A DNA stretch of 64,000 bases, taken from assembly GCF_000027125.1 (NCBI RefSeq), contig NC_017626.1, one strand, 5' to 3'. The stretch's first letter is position 1, and each line of letters starts with the position of its first letter. This DNA is from Escherichia coli 042 (GTDB lineage Bacteria; Pseudomonadota; Gammaproteobacteria; Enterobacterales; Enterobacteriaceae). The notes under the pieces were generated by a model. It ran no database searches and was not told the origin of the DNA. It saw only the letters and a list, made by a program, of their open reading frames with translations. The translations under genes were made by a program, and so were the position numbers. Shown in pieces: positions 44,663 through 57,615 of this stretch.

Positions 44663-45559
44663 ATGCAACTTGAAAAGATGATTACCGAAGGCTCGAACGC
44701 CGCCTCGGCTGAAATTGACCGCGTATCAACGCTGGAAATGTGCCGGATTATCAACGATGAAGATAAAACCGTGCCGCTTGCCGTTGAGCGCGTACTGCCG
44801 GATATCGCCGCGGCGATCGATGTTATCCACACCCAGGTAAGCGGCGGCGGGCGTCTGATTTATCTCGGTGCGGGAACATCCGGTCGTCTGGGGATTCTGG
44901 ATGCCAGCGAATGTCCGCCCACCTACGGCGTGAAACCAGGCCTGGTAGTTGGATTAATTGCTGGCGGCGAATATGCCATTCAGCACGCGGTGGAAGGCGC
45001 GGAAGATAGCCGGGAAGGTGGTGTTAACGATCTGAAAAATCTTAATTTAACGGCACAGGATGTGGTGGTTGGGATTGCGGCCAGCGGACGCACGCCGTAT
45101 GTGATTGCCGGACTGGAATACGCGCGCCAGCTCGGCTGCCGCACAGTGGGAATTTCCTGTAATCCGGGGAGCGCCGTTTCAACCACCGCAGAGTTTGCCA
45201 TTACACCGATTGTAGGTGCCGAAGTAGTCACCGGTTCTTCGCGAATGAAAGCAGGCACGGCGCAGAAACTGGTGCTCAATATGCTTTCCACCGGGCTGAT
45301 GATTAAATCCGGCAAAGTGTTCGGCAACCTGATGGTCGATGTGGTCGCCACCAACGAAAAACTGCATGTGCGCCAGGTCAATATCGTCAAAAACGCTACC
45401 GGATGTAGCGCAGAGCAAGCGGAAGCGGCATTGGTTGCCTGCGAGCGCAACTGTAAAACGGCCATTGTGATGGTGCTGAAAAATCTCGATGCCGCAGAAG
45501 CTAAAAAACGCCTGGATCAACACGGCGGCTTTATTCGTCAGGTTTTAGACAAGGAATAA
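44663..45559 (+). CDS. murQ: N-acetylmuramic acid 6-phosphate etherase
   Basis: 298 aa with a SIS domain. Matches MurQ. Confidence 0.95.
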   Translation: MQLEKMITEGSNAASAEIDRVSTLEMCRIINDEDKTVPLAVERVLPDIAAAIDVIHTQVSGGGRLIYLGAGTSGRLGILDASECPPTYGVKPGLVVGLIAGGEYAIQHAVEGAEDSREGGVNDLKNLNLTAQDVVVGIAASGRTPYVIAGLEYARQLGCRTVGISCNPGSAVSTTAEFAITPIVGAEVVTGSSRMKAGTAQKLVLNMLSTGLMIKSGKVFGNLMVDVVATNEKLHVRQVNIVKNATGCSAEQAEAALVACERNCKTAIVMVLKNLDAAEAKKRLDQHGGFIRQVLDKE

Positions 45560-45562
45560 CCC

Positions 45563-46987
<1,425 letters not shown>

Positions 46988-46991
46988 TAAT

Positions 46992-47109
46992 ATGAAACGG
47001 ACAATGCTCTGTCTTTCTCTGCTGGCTGTCAGCTGTAGCGTCAGCGCCGCAAAATACCCTGTTCTGACAGAAAGTAGTTGATCAAGTGTATGCGGCGTTA
47101 AAGCAGTAA
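46992..47109 (+). pseudogene. yfeW: Deletion remnant of yfeW (penicillin-binding protein 4B)
   Basis: ATG 46992 encodes only MKRTMLCLSLLAVSCSVSAAKYPVLTESS*, a signal peptide plus a few residues that matches the YfeW N-terminus as I recall it. In a different frame, 47077-47109 reads VDQVYAALKQ*, which looks like the C-terminal tail. The ~1.2-kb body of the gene is missing. Confidence 0.7.
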
Positions 47110-47110
47110 T

Positions 47111-47147
47111 AAAAAGGCCAGTCAGTTGTGATACTGGCTGGCCTTTA
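47111..47147. terminator. Bidirectional terminator between the yfeW remnant and yfeX
   Basis: aaaggccagtcag-(8 nt)-ctggctggccttt is a 13-bp stem including one G.U pair. Confidence 0.8.
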
Positions 47148-47166
47148 ATCATCGAATCAGAAACGA

Positions 47167-48150
<984 letters not shown>

Positions 48151-48161
48151 TCAGACGCAAA

Positions 48162-48737
48162 TTAACGCCGCCAGATAATTTTACTGACTTTCCAGTTTTT
48201 CAGGGTATCGTCCGAAGGCATTAACCCTTCAGGACCACTCCATTCCCCGCTGAACTGGTAGCTAATATGTTGACTGCCTTCGGCTTTACATTCGACGGCA
48301 CGATTATCATCACCATCAGCTTTTTGGCAATTGCCAAATGCTTTGCTGTAAAGGTCGCTAAACGGTGTACCGATTTTAACACCGGTGTCAGCAGGAATAT
48401 CGCTATCCAGCACATCAATGCGGCTGATCGTACCCTGATCGCCGTTAATCACCATCGCCACGTTGTCGCCTTTCATCACTTCAAAAAAGCGCACCACGTT
48501 GCCGTTCGCGGTTTTCATTCCGCTGCGCAGGCGATAATCGCCATCAAGCGCATCGGCAATGGGTTGTTCTTGCAGTGGTGTGGACGCCGTTAATTCACCA
48601 ACGCCCTGCTCGCTCACTTTGGTGGACGACCCAAACCAGTTCCACGGGTTAGCGGCAGACCAGTTAACTGACGACATCGTGGAACAGCCGGTCAGCATCA
48701 GCGGCATAGCGCATAACATTAAACGCAGCGATTTCAT
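48162..48737 (-). CDS. yfeY: Outer-membrane lipoprotein (DUF1131)
   Basis: 191 aa with lipobox LTGC. Matches YfeY. Confidence 0.9.
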   Translation of the reverse strand: MKSLRLMLCAMPLMLTGCSTMSSVNWSAANPWNWFGSSTKVSEQGVGELTASTPLQEQPIADALDGDYRLRSGMKTANGNVVRFFEVMKGDNVAMVINGDQGTISRIDVLDSDIPADTGVKIGTPFSDLYSKAFGNCQKADGDDNRAVECKAEGSQHISYQFSGEWSGPEGLMPSDDTLKNWKVSKIIWRR

Positions 48738-48797
48738 GTCACTTCCTTTGGTTATTCAATAACGTTGCTTGGAGTGCAAATTCACCAAAAAGTGCCG

Positions 48798-49247
48798 TTA
48801 TTCTTTTTCTTCATTAAAACAAGCGCGTAAACGTCGATTGGTCAGCAGCCAGATTAACGCCACAATATCCGCCACTACCAGCGCCAGCCCGATACCGCTA
48901 ACGGATTCACCGTTCAGCCACAGCCACGGTTGCCAGCAAAGTAAAACCACTTGCGCCAACAGCAACAGAAAATAGAGCACATGCCAGATACGGGGAAATG
49001 AAGCCCGCCGACCACTCAGCAAAAACGCCAGCACCGCCGGAATGCCGGGAATCAACCCCAGCCAGAAATTATCGTGATCGGGATAAAACAGATTTAGCAG
49101 CGCAGTACCCTGCTCGCGCGACGCACCGGCAATGACAAACAGCACCCAGGTTCGCGCCTGAAGCAATAGCACAAGCCAGAAGAGCAAGGGTAAACGCAGG
49201 CGACCGTGCGCATCATAATGGACAGGATGAAACTCAGTACTCTTCAT
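48798..49247 (-). CDS. yfeZ: Inner membrane protein
   Basis: 149 aa and 4 predicted TM helices. Matches YfeZ. A start two codons upstream (49253) is also possible. Confidence 0.88.
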
Positions 49248-49659
49248 CTTCAATCAAACGCTTACCCAGACTTAGCACGTCGGCGTGTTCATATCCCAGG
49301 CGTTCATACATTCCGAGCACCATGTCGTTATCTTCCGGCACGTTGATCTGAATTTTCGGGCAGCCGCGAGCAATCAGCTTTTTCTCCAGCCGATTAAGCA
49401 ACGCATTAGCAATCCCACGCCCACGAAACTCTGGATGCACGCCAAGATAATAAGCAGACCCGCGATGCCCGTCATAACCGCCCATCACCGTTCCGACCAC
49501 TTCACCGTTTACCTCAGCGACCAGAAACAAACTGACGTCATGGTTCATCTTACGCTCGATGTCCATTTCCGGATCGTTCCACGGACGCAGCAAGTCGCAA
49601 CGCTCCCAAAGGGTGATGACCTCTTCGAAATCTTCCTGGCGAAATACGCGTATCTCCAT
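49234..49659 (-). CDS. ypeA: GNAT-family acetyltransferase
   Basis: 141 aa from ATG 49659 ([14 protein letters not shown]...) with GNAT motif [11 protein letters not shown]. The 178-aa ORF-track extension is rejected. Confidence 0.92.
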
Positions 49660-49872
49660 GGTATTCGTTACCTTTTTGCGGGTTAAAAGGCTGATTATGG
49701 CGTGAACGGTCGAATTAGCCAATATCTGACGAAAATCGGTTGAAAAAGTGGCATAATGAGGAGTTGTCAACTATTGAAATGAAAAGTAAAACAATTCTCA
49801 ACAGCAAACGGTCGTAACGGATTACGCGATACGATATAACATCTGGAACTTTATTATTACAACTCAGGCCGT

Positions 49873-50742
49873 ATGAGCACTTTTAAACCACTAAAAACAC
49901 TCACTTCGCGCCGCCAGGTGCTGAAAGCCGGTTTGGCTGCCCTGACGTTGTCAGGAATGTCGCAAGCCATCGCCAAAGACGAACCTTTAAAAACCAGCAA
50001 CGGACACAGCAAGCCGAAAGCTAAAAAATCTGGCGGCAAACGTGTCGTTGTTCTCGATCCAGGCCACGGCGGGATTGATACCGGAGCGATCGGGCGCAAC
50101 GGTTCGAAAGAAAAACATGTGGTGCTGGCGATTGCTAAAAACGTCCGTTCCATTTTGCGTAATCATGGGATTGATGCGCGTTTAACGCGTTCTGGCGATA
50201 CGTTTATCCCACTTTACGATCGCGTTGAAATCGCCCATAAACATGGCGCAGATCTGTTTATGTCAATTCATGCCGATGGCTTTACCAACCCGAAAGCTGC
50301 CGGTGCTTCGGTATTTGCCCTCTCTAACCGTGGGGCAAGTAGCGCAATGGCGAAATACCTGTCTGAACGCGAAAACCGCGCCGATGAAGTTGCCGGTAAA
50401 AAGGCGACTGACAAGGATCACCTATTGCAGCAAGTGCTGTTTGATCTGGTGCAAACCGATACTATTAAAAACAGCCTGACGCTCGGCTCGCATATTCTGA
50501 AAAAGATTAAGCCGGTGCATAAACTGCACAGCCGCAACACCGAACAAGCCGCGTTTGTGGTGTTGAAATCGCCGTCGGTTCCTTCGGTGCTGGTGGAAAC
50601 CTCGTTTATCACCAACCCGGAAGAAGAGCGGCTGTTAGGCACGGCAGCATTTCGCCAGAAAATCGCCACAGCGATTGCCGAAGGCGTGATCAGTTATTTT
50701 CACTGGTTTGACAACCAGAAAGCACACTCGAGAAAGCGGTAA
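49873..50742 (+). CDS. amiA: N-acetylmuramoyl-L-alanine amidase A
   Basis: 289 aa with a Tat-type signal (SRRQVLKAGLAAL) and an Amidase_3 domain. Matches AmiA. Confidence 0.95.
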   Translation: MSTFKPLKTLTSRRQVLKAGLAALTLSGMSQAIAKDEPLKTSNGHSKPKAKKSGGKRVVVLDPGHGGIDTGAIGRNGSKEKHVVLAIAKNVRSILRNHGIDARLTRSGDTFIPLYDRVEIAHKHGADLFMSIHADGFTNPKAAGASVFALSNRGASSAMAKYLSERENRADEVAGKKATDKDHLLQQVLFDLVQTDTIKNSLTLGSHILKKIKPVHKLHSRNTEQAAFVVLKSPSVPSVLVETSFITNPEEERLLGTAAFRQKIATAIAEGVISYFHWFDNQKAHSRKR

Positions 50743-51645
<903 letters not shown>

Positions 51646-51650
51646 CTCCC

Positions 51651-52703
51651 TCACCCCCATTCCCGCATCCGCTGATGCAGCGTCAACGACGGCTTCTCGG
51701 CAAACAGCTGCTGGTAATCCGTGGCAAATTGCCCCAGATGCCAGAATCCCCACTGCATGGCGGCGTCTTTTACCGTTGTGCTTTGCGACCAAGGGCTTAT
51801 CAGTTCGCGGCGTACGGCGTTCAGGCGAATGCGTTTCAGCCACGCATTTGGGCCAATGCCTAAAATAGCGTGAAACGCGTTTTGTAGCGTGCGGCGGCTG
51901 ACATGCAGTTGATTACACAAGTCCAGCACCGTCACCGGTTCGGACATGTTTTCCAGCACATATTCACGGGCGCGGGAAAGCAACCGACGGTAACTCTGAT
52001 GACTGATGCTTTCCGCCGTCACCATTGGCTGCGCTTCTTCCAGCATCGCCCCCATCGCCATGAGCAAATTATCCCCCAGCACTTTACGCACAGCAGGCTG
52101 ATGAAGATTTTCCGGGTTCTCGCAAAATGTCGCCAGCGCCTGTTGGACAAAGCCCCACAGCGCGGCTTTATGCTGTTCTTTCACTTCCAGCGCCGACTGG
52201 CTACGCAGCATATGTAATACCCGATCCGGATTATGCAAAAAGTTAGCCTGACGGGTGATGACATCTTCAGAAAGCACTACGCCCAGGATCGTGTAATCGT
52301 CCGGCGTACTTAATTCAAACTCGGTTCCACCGGGGCGCGTCGCTATTTCTGCGCTTCCCAGACATTGCGAACCGATAAATCCCTGCTCACCGCGCGTCGC
52401 CGGAATGCCAAACCAGAACGAGTTCGGCCAGACCAGGCACGACTGACGCAGCGCCAGACCGGTGTATTCACGAAAAACCTGAATATCATCGAGTAGAATT
52501 TCCGTAAATTCACCATGAAACTTGCCCGGATGCAGCTGATCGTAAATCTGCTGCCAGGCGGTAATCGTTAAAGCATGTTCATAGACATCCGTTGTCTGTC
52601 GTTGATGAACATTATCCACTTCGACCTTCGGCGTGAGCTTCAGGTTTTCGGGTAAGGGTTCATGATAAAGATGGTGCAAATTGGCTGTACGGGTCTTTTT
52701 CAT
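51651..52703 (-). CDS. eutR: AraC-family activator of the eut operon
   Basis: 350 aa with a C-terminal AraC HTH. Matches EutR. Confidence 0.95.
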   Translation of the reverse strand: MKKTRTANLHHLYHEPLPENLKLTPKVEVDNVHQRQTTDVYEHALTITAWQQIYDQLHPGKFHGEFTEILLDDIQVFREYTGLALRQSCLVWPNSFWFGIPATRGEQGFIGSQCLGSAEIATRPGGTEFELSTPDDYTILGVVLSEDVITRQANFLHNPDRVLHMLRSQSALEVKEQHKAALWGFVQQALATFCENPENLHQPAVRKVLGDNLLMAMGAMLEEAQPMVTAESISHQSYRRLLSRAREYVLENMSEPVTVLDLCNQLHVSRRTLQNAFHAILGIGPNAWLKRIRLNAVRRELISPWSQSTTVKDAAMQWGFWHLGQFATDYQQLFAEKPSLTLHQRMREWG

Positions 52704-52710
52704 GATGTTA

Positions 52711-52736
52711 ATGCCGGGTGTTGTAGGACACCCGGC
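52711..52736 (-). promoter_or_regulatory. GC-rich hairpin immediately upstream of the eutR start codon
   Basis: tgccgggtg-(8 nt)-cacccggca is a perfect 9-bp stem ending 7 nt before the eutR ATG. No purine-rich SD is visible between them. Confidence 0.35.
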
Positions 52737-52748
52737 ACCTCCGACAGG

Positions 52749-53249
52749 TTAATGGGGCTTGAGACGATAACGACTACTGCGTTTACGTAACGTCCCGGCA
52801 GAAAAGAGCTGTTCGAGCGCATTTCTGGCTTTTTCGAGCGGCCAGCCAAAGTGGGCTGCCACTTCTCCTGCCGTCATTCCCTGACGTACTGATGTTAACA
52901 GCGCCAACAACTCGTCAGCAGATTCCGCGACGATAACTGGCGCGTCGGGTTCCTTTACGGGTTGCTTCGGCTGGCGGTTAAAGCCAGTAACCAGCCACTG
53001 GATGTCATCGTCTGGCCGACCGATCTCCTTGCGGCTGATGACACGCCCGGTACGCATCGCGGCAGCACAACCTGCGTCCAGCGCCGCACGACACGCCGCC
53101 AGATCGCCTTCCACCACCAGCGTTAGGCGACCAGGGTCAAGCACTTCGTGACTGAGCAGACGAACGTTAGCTGCTTTGAGCATGGCATCAGCTGCATCTA
53201 TCGCGGCGACCATGCCGTCCACTTCCAGCAATCCCAGTGCATTGATCAT
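52749..53249 (-). CDS. eutK: BMC shell protein with C-terminal nucleic-acid-binding HTH
   Basis: 166 aa from ATG 53249 (MINALGLLEVDG...). It has a BMC domain and a basic C-terminal domain. Confidence 0.93.
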   Translation of the reverse strand: MINALGLLEVDGMVAAIDAADAMLKAANVRLLSHEVLDPGRLTLVVEGDLAACRAALDAGCAAAMRTGRVISRKEIGRPDDDIQWLVTGFNRQPKQPVKEPDAPVIVAESADELLALLTSVRQGMTAGEVAAHFGWPLEKARNALEQLFSAGTLRKRSSRYRLKPH

Positions 53250-53261
53250 CGGCAACCTCCG

Positions 53262-53921
53262 TTACGCACGCTGGATAGGATTACGCGCGATTTCCAGCAC
53301 TGCATCGGTAAAGGCGTTACAGGCTGCTTTACACGCTGCCTGGCTACCGGTTAAAAATGCTGCCGAGTAGTTGGTTTCAGACGGTGGCGGGACATAGGTC
53401 ACCAGCTGTACGTCGGCAGATTTCAGGGCTGCATCAATGCCATAGGTCGCTTCCAGCGGCGGTGCCACCAGATACGCCATCGGATCGCCAAGCGTGATCC
53501 CGGCGGTTGATGAGAGATAAGAACCGGTACGCGAAACTACATGTGCCAGGAAGGCTGTATTTTCTGCGTCATTAGCCCACTGGAAAGCAGCGCCATTTTC
53601 AATATGCGCAACCATCGCATCCAGACCAGCACGCACTTCCGCCGGGTTTGGCCCACCGAGCATAATCAGCACTTCACCGGCAGTCGGTGACGGTCCGTGT
53701 GCAGCGCCCGCATACAGCGAGCGGCCATACACCACTTCGACCATCGCCTGCTTGGTCGCTTCGTCAGCCGCAATGTAGGTGACGTCATCGGAATCAGCAG
53801 AAATCAGCCCGAGGCTACGAATATGCGGCGGCAATTTCAGTTCACGCGCAAATTCGGCGTTAACGGAGGCAATCACCCGCATGGCGGTGACCGACGGTCG
53901 AATCAAATCTAAAGCTGGCAT
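53262..53921 (-). CDS. eutL: Tandem-BMC (pseudohexameric trimer) shell protein
   Basis: 219 aa. Matches EutL. Confidence 0.95.
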   Translation of the reverse strand: MPALDLIRPSVTAMRVIASVNAEFARELKLPPHIRSLGLISADSDDVTYIAADEATKQAMVEVVYGRSLYAGAAHGPSPTAGEVLIMLGGPNPAEVRAGLDAMVAHIENGAAFQWANDAENTAFLAHVVSRTGSYLSSTAGITLGDPMAYLVAPPLEATYGIDAALKSADVQLVTYVPPPSETNYSAAFLTGSQAACKAACNAFTDAVLEIARNPIQRA

Positions 53922-53930
53922 GATGCCTCC

Positions 53931-54818
53931 TTATCGGGTCATGTTGATGCCGGATGCTTTCTGCTCCAGCATACGTTTCGCCAAATCCACAATGACGGCT
54001 GCGGCTTCAACCGGCGGCGTGCCGCCCTGGTGAATGTTAGAAATACAGGTGCGATCGGCCTCAACGGTGGTCGCCATACGCGGCGAGTAAACGGCGTAGC
54101 AGGAGAGGCTTTCTGACTGCCCTAATCCCGGGCGTTCCCCCACCAGCAGGATCACTACTTTCGCGCCGAGGATCTCACCGATCTGATCTTCAATCTTCAC
54201 GCGACCATAACGAACAAAGAATGGCGTACCGACTTTCAGCCCGGCCTGTTTCAGGCCCGCCATCAGCGGCGGCAGGATCTCTTCGTAGTTCACGGTGATC
54301 GCATCAGTTGACAGGCCATCAGAAATAACGACCTGCACGTCCGGATTAGCAACACACTGTGCTTTCAGCGCTTCAACAGCTTCTGCACACAGGCGGCGGC
54401 CCATATCCGGACGAGTCAGGTAGAGATTTTTGTCGCTAATTTCAGAGCGGACTTCCAGCAAGCCCTGCGCTTTCACCCACTCTTCTGGCACTTCTTTCAG
54501 TACGGTATCTTTCGAACGAGAGTGATCGGCCAGGAAACGCAGCAACGCCTGGGTACGCGGACGCGGACCGGCACGACCGGTACAAACGCGGGCCACGGTG
54601 CTGCGACGCAGTTCTGTTAATACGTCTGCGCGATGCGGGTTTTCAACGCCAATCCACGCTTTTGCTTCCGCAGAGCCTAAATCCAGCGCGCAGCTTTCCG
54701 AGGTCACCGGTGCCGCACAGGTGGTGGTGGCGCACTTTGCTTCTGACGGCGCGGGGGCCGCTTGTCCCATTGACGCCATCACGCTGCGTACAATTTCTTC
54801 AATCTGTTTTTGATCCAT
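53931..54818 (-). CDS. eutC: Ethanolamine ammonia-lyase small subunit
   Basis: 295 aa. Matches EutC. Confidence 0.96.
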   Translation of the reverse strand: MDQKQIEEIVRSVMASMGQAAPAPSEAKCATTTCAAPVTSESCALDLGSAEAKAWIGVENPHRADVLTELRRSTVARVCTGRAGPRPRTQALLRFLADHSRSKDTVLKEVPEEWVKAQGLLEVRSEISDKNLYLTRPDMGRRLCAEAVEALKAQCVANPDVQVVISDGLSTDAITVNYEEILPPLMAGLKQAGLKVGTPFFVRYGRVKIEDQIGEILGAKVVILLVGERPGLGQSESLSCYAVYSPRMATTVEADRTCISNIHQGGTPPVEAAAVIVDLAKRMLEQKASGINMTR

Positions 54819-54838
54819 GATGTGTTATCTCCGCGTCA

Positions 54839-56200
54839 TCAGAAGAACAGTGACGGATCGCCCGCCCGTTTGGTCAGGCGACCGTTTGCCATAATGCCCA
54901 TGCTTTCCAGCCAGCGTTCAAACTCCGGTGACGGGCGCAGGTTGAGTAACTGACGCACAGTGGCGGTATCGTGGAAGGCGGTGGTCTGGTAGTTGAGCAT
55001 GATGTCATCACCCAGCGGCATCCCCATGATGTAGTTACAGCCTGCGGTGGCGAGCAGGATCATCAGGTTTTCGTTGAGGTTCTGGTCAGCGTCAGCGTGG
55101 TTGGTGTAGCAGCAGTCACAGCCCATAGAGATGCCGCTCAGCTTACCCATAAAGTGATCTTCTAAGCCCGCACGGATAATCTGGCGGTCGTTGTAGAGAT
55201 ACTCCGGCCCAATAAAGCCGACCACGGTGTTGACGATAAACGGATCGTAATGACGCGCCAGCCCATAGTTACGCGCTTCCATCGTCACCTGGTCAGCGCC
55301 GAAGTTCGCGCCAGCGGACAGCGCAGAACCCTGCCCGGTTTCGAAGTAGAGGCAGTTTTCCCCGGCGATACGGTTGAACTCCGCGCCCACTGCGCGTGCT
55401 TCATCGAGCATCGCCAGCTCCACGCCAAATTCTTTCAGCCCTTTTTCGCTGCCGCAGATACTCTGGAAAATCAGCCCGCCTGGTGCGCCACGACGGATCG
55501 CTTCAATCTGGGTGGTGACGTGCGCCAGCACGCAGCCCTGGGTCGGAATGTTGAATTTGTCGATCACGCCGCAAATGGTGTCCAACACGCGGCTTAAGTT
55601 TTCCACGTCGTCAGTCACCGGGTTAACGCCGATCACCGCATCGCCCACCCCGAAGGAAAGCCCTTCGTAGATTTGCGCGGCGATACTTTGCACGTCGTCA
55701 CGGGTGTCGTTTGGCTGCAAGCGGGCGCTGAAGGTGCCCGGAATACCGATGGTGGTATTGGCCTTTTTGATCACCGGCATTTTCTTCGCGCCGTAGATCA
55801 GGTCCGCGTTGGAGCAAATCTTCGCTACCGCCGCGACCACTTCCGAGGTCAGCCCTTTGCGGGTAAAGGCAATGTCGTCCACGCTGGTTTCATCGCTCAG
55901 CACATACTCACGCAGTTCGCTGATGCTCCAGTTTTTAATCTGGTTGTAGGCCGTTTCGTTAACGTCGTCCTGAATCAGCCGCGTCACGCAGTCATCTTCA
56001 TAGGCAATCACCGGATTATTGCGGATGTCCGCTACGGTCATTTCCGACAACACCTGCTTTGCCGCCACGCGCTCTTGTGAGCTTGCCGCTGCAACGCCCG
56101 CCAGCACATCCCCCGAACGCAGTTCGTTGGCTTTAGCCAGCACCTCTTTTACATCCTTAAACTGATATACATTGCCGAACAATGTGGTCTTTAGTTTCAT
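54839..56200 (-). CDS. eutB: Ethanolamine ammonia-lyase large subunit
   Basis: 453 aa. Matches EutB. Confidence 0.96.
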   Translation of the reverse strand: MKLKTTLFGNVYQFKDVKEVLAKANELRSGDVLAGVAAASSQERVAAKQVLSEMTVADIRNNPVIAYEDDCVTRLIQDDVNETAYNQIKNWSISELREYVLSDETSVDDIAFTRKGLTSEVVAAVAKICSNADLIYGAKKMPVIKKANTTIGIPGTFSARLQPNDTRDDVQSIAAQIYEGLSFGVGDAVIGVNPVTDDVENLSRVLDTICGVIDKFNIPTQGCVLAHVTTQIEAIRRGAPGGLIFQSICGSEKGLKEFGVELAMLDEARAVGAEFNRIAGENCLYFETGQGSALSAGANFGADQVTMEARNYGLARHYDPFIVNTVVGFIGPEYLYNDRQIIRAGLEDHFMGKLSGISMGCDCCYTNHADADQNLNENLMILLATAGCNYIMGMPLGDDIMLNYQTTAFHDTATVRQLLNLRPSPEFERWLESMGIMANGRLTKRAGDPSLFF

Positions 56201-56211
56201 AAGTCGTTCCC

Positions 56212-57615
56212 TCAGGAAGGAAATGCGAGTGATTTCACCGTCACCGGCACAACCGATCCGCCAAAAAGAGGCGTACCAATGTCGATATAGTCCCCCGCGC
56301 GGACAATCACTTCGTCAATGACTGCCAACGGGAGTTGCTGTAGCTGTGGGCGCAACAACATGCCCAGAGCTTTACCAAAGTCCTGCCCGGCCACCACCAG
56401 CAGGGGATGCGGATTCGGAAAACGCGCGACGAAATCGACCAGCGCGTTGATGACCGTCAGTACCGCGGCGTAACGCACAGGCAGCGAGGCGGGAAGCGCC
56501 AGCACGTACGCGTCAGTTTTGGGGCAAAGATCCAGCTGAATCAGCGCCTGTTGCCAGGCACTCACCAGATCCGTTTCATCAATTGGGATCGCCACCGGCA
56601 AATTGCGCAGCGGCAGTTGTACGCCCTCCAGCCAGATTGTGCTGCCAGAGAGCGAAAGGGTATGTGCACCCGCGCCAATCACCGTGGCACGTACGGTTTG
56701 CGCTGGAAACTGCACGTTCATCTCACGCAGGCGCGGATGGTCATGCAGCGCCGTTGCCAGAAGCGGGCCGATATCGGCAAAACAGAACGGATCGGCGGGC
56801 TGGTGGCGATAACATTCGCCCACGCCGCCAGAAAGCGTAATGATTTCGGGCGTAACACCTGCGGGCAGCAAACCGGTTTGCATCAATGCCTGCGCGAGCG
56901 GCGAGAGCGTTCCGTCGATCACTTCGACAATCAGCTCTGCCATCCGGCGGGTAACCTGCACCAGCTGCGCGCCGGTCAGCGAACGGGCGTCAGTGCCAGC
57001 ACCGAAGCACTCATCCACAATCATCTGCCCCGGTTTATGAGCGTAAACCACGCGCCCCTGGCTGTCGGTTTCCAGCAGGCGACCGCCGACGTTGAGGCAG
57101 GCGGTGCCGCTGATTTTTCCGGCATCGAACAGGGCGTAGTTCGCGGTGCCACCGCCGATATCGATATTCAGTACCCGACACAACCGTTGTTCAGAAAGGG
57201 TTTGCGCCCCGGCACCGTGACCGGCGATCACGGATTCGAGATGCGGCCCGGCGCTGGCGACGACAAAATCGCCCAGCGATTGGGAGAGCGTCATCACCGC
57301 CGGGCGAGCATTGCGGGTTTTCGCGCTTTCACCGGTGATGATGATGGCACCAGAATCAACGCTTTCCGGCGCAATGCCCGCAGCCTGGTATTGCTCGAGG
57401 ATTAAGGTTTTCAGTTCCGCTTCTTTTAAACCACCCTGTTTATCGACAGGGGTAAAGAACACCGGGCTTTGCCAGCTAATTTCGCGTTTGATGAATTCGT
57501 AGCGCGGCACCTGCGACACCGCCGCACGGTTAACCAGCTCCAGGTGGGAGAAGATCACCTGGGTGGTGGTGGTGCCGATATCGATACCGACGCTCAGTAG
57601 CTGGCGAGTGTTCAC
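56212..57615 (-). CDS. eutA: Ethanolamine ammonia-lyase reactivase
   Basis: 467 aa. Matches EutA. Its stop is 11 nt from the eutB start. Confidence 0.95.
   Translation of the reverse strand: MNTRQLLSVGIDIGTTTTQVIFSHLELVNRAAVSQVPRYEFIKREISWQSPVFFTPVDKQGGLKEAELKTLILEQYQAAGIAPESVDSGAIIITGESAKTRNARPAVMTLSQSLGDFVVASAGPHLESVIAGHGAGAQTLSEQRLCRVLNIDIGGGTANYALFDAGKISGTACLNVGGRLLETDSQGRVVYAHKPGQMIVDECFGAGTDARSLTGAQLVQVTRRMAELIVEVIDGTLSPLAQALMQTGLLPAGVTPEIITLSGGVGECYRHQPADPFCFADIGPLLATALHDHPRLREMNVQFPAQTVRATVIGAGAHTLSLSGSTIWLEGVQLPLRNLPVAIPIDETDLVSAWQQALIQLDLCPKTDAYVLALPASLPVRYAAVLTVINALVDFVARFPNPHPLLVVAGQDFGKALGMLLRPQLQQLPLAVIDEVIVRAGDYIDIGTPLFGGSVVPVTVKSLAFPS

Noticed and set aside
43642-44832. N-terminally extended ORF-track models. 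Examples: murR 396 aa, lpxP from 89, nupC from 17515, pdeA to 21055, fryB to 12804, ypeB to 27264, zipA to 30308, cysM to 38684, ucpA to 43579, yfeX to 48093, ypeA to 49770, eutM to 63522.
   Set aside because: In each case an internal start with a good SD reproduces the known protein length. The extension would overlap the neighbouring gene, a promoter or a REP.
56407-57405. Other long antisense ORFs. Examples: 56407-57405 opposite eutA, 38917-39774 opposite cysA, 47284-48078 opposite yfeX, 10247-11035 opposite ypdF, 41586-42314 opposite cysP, 14059-14775 opposite yfeO, 13002-13694 opposite glk, 33240-33890 opposite ptsI, 407-1027 opposite lpxP.
   Set aside because: Each lies entirely inside a recognised conserved gene on the other strand. 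They lack ribosome-binding sites and have Arg/His/Phe-rich nonsense-like composition. These are shadow frames, not genes.
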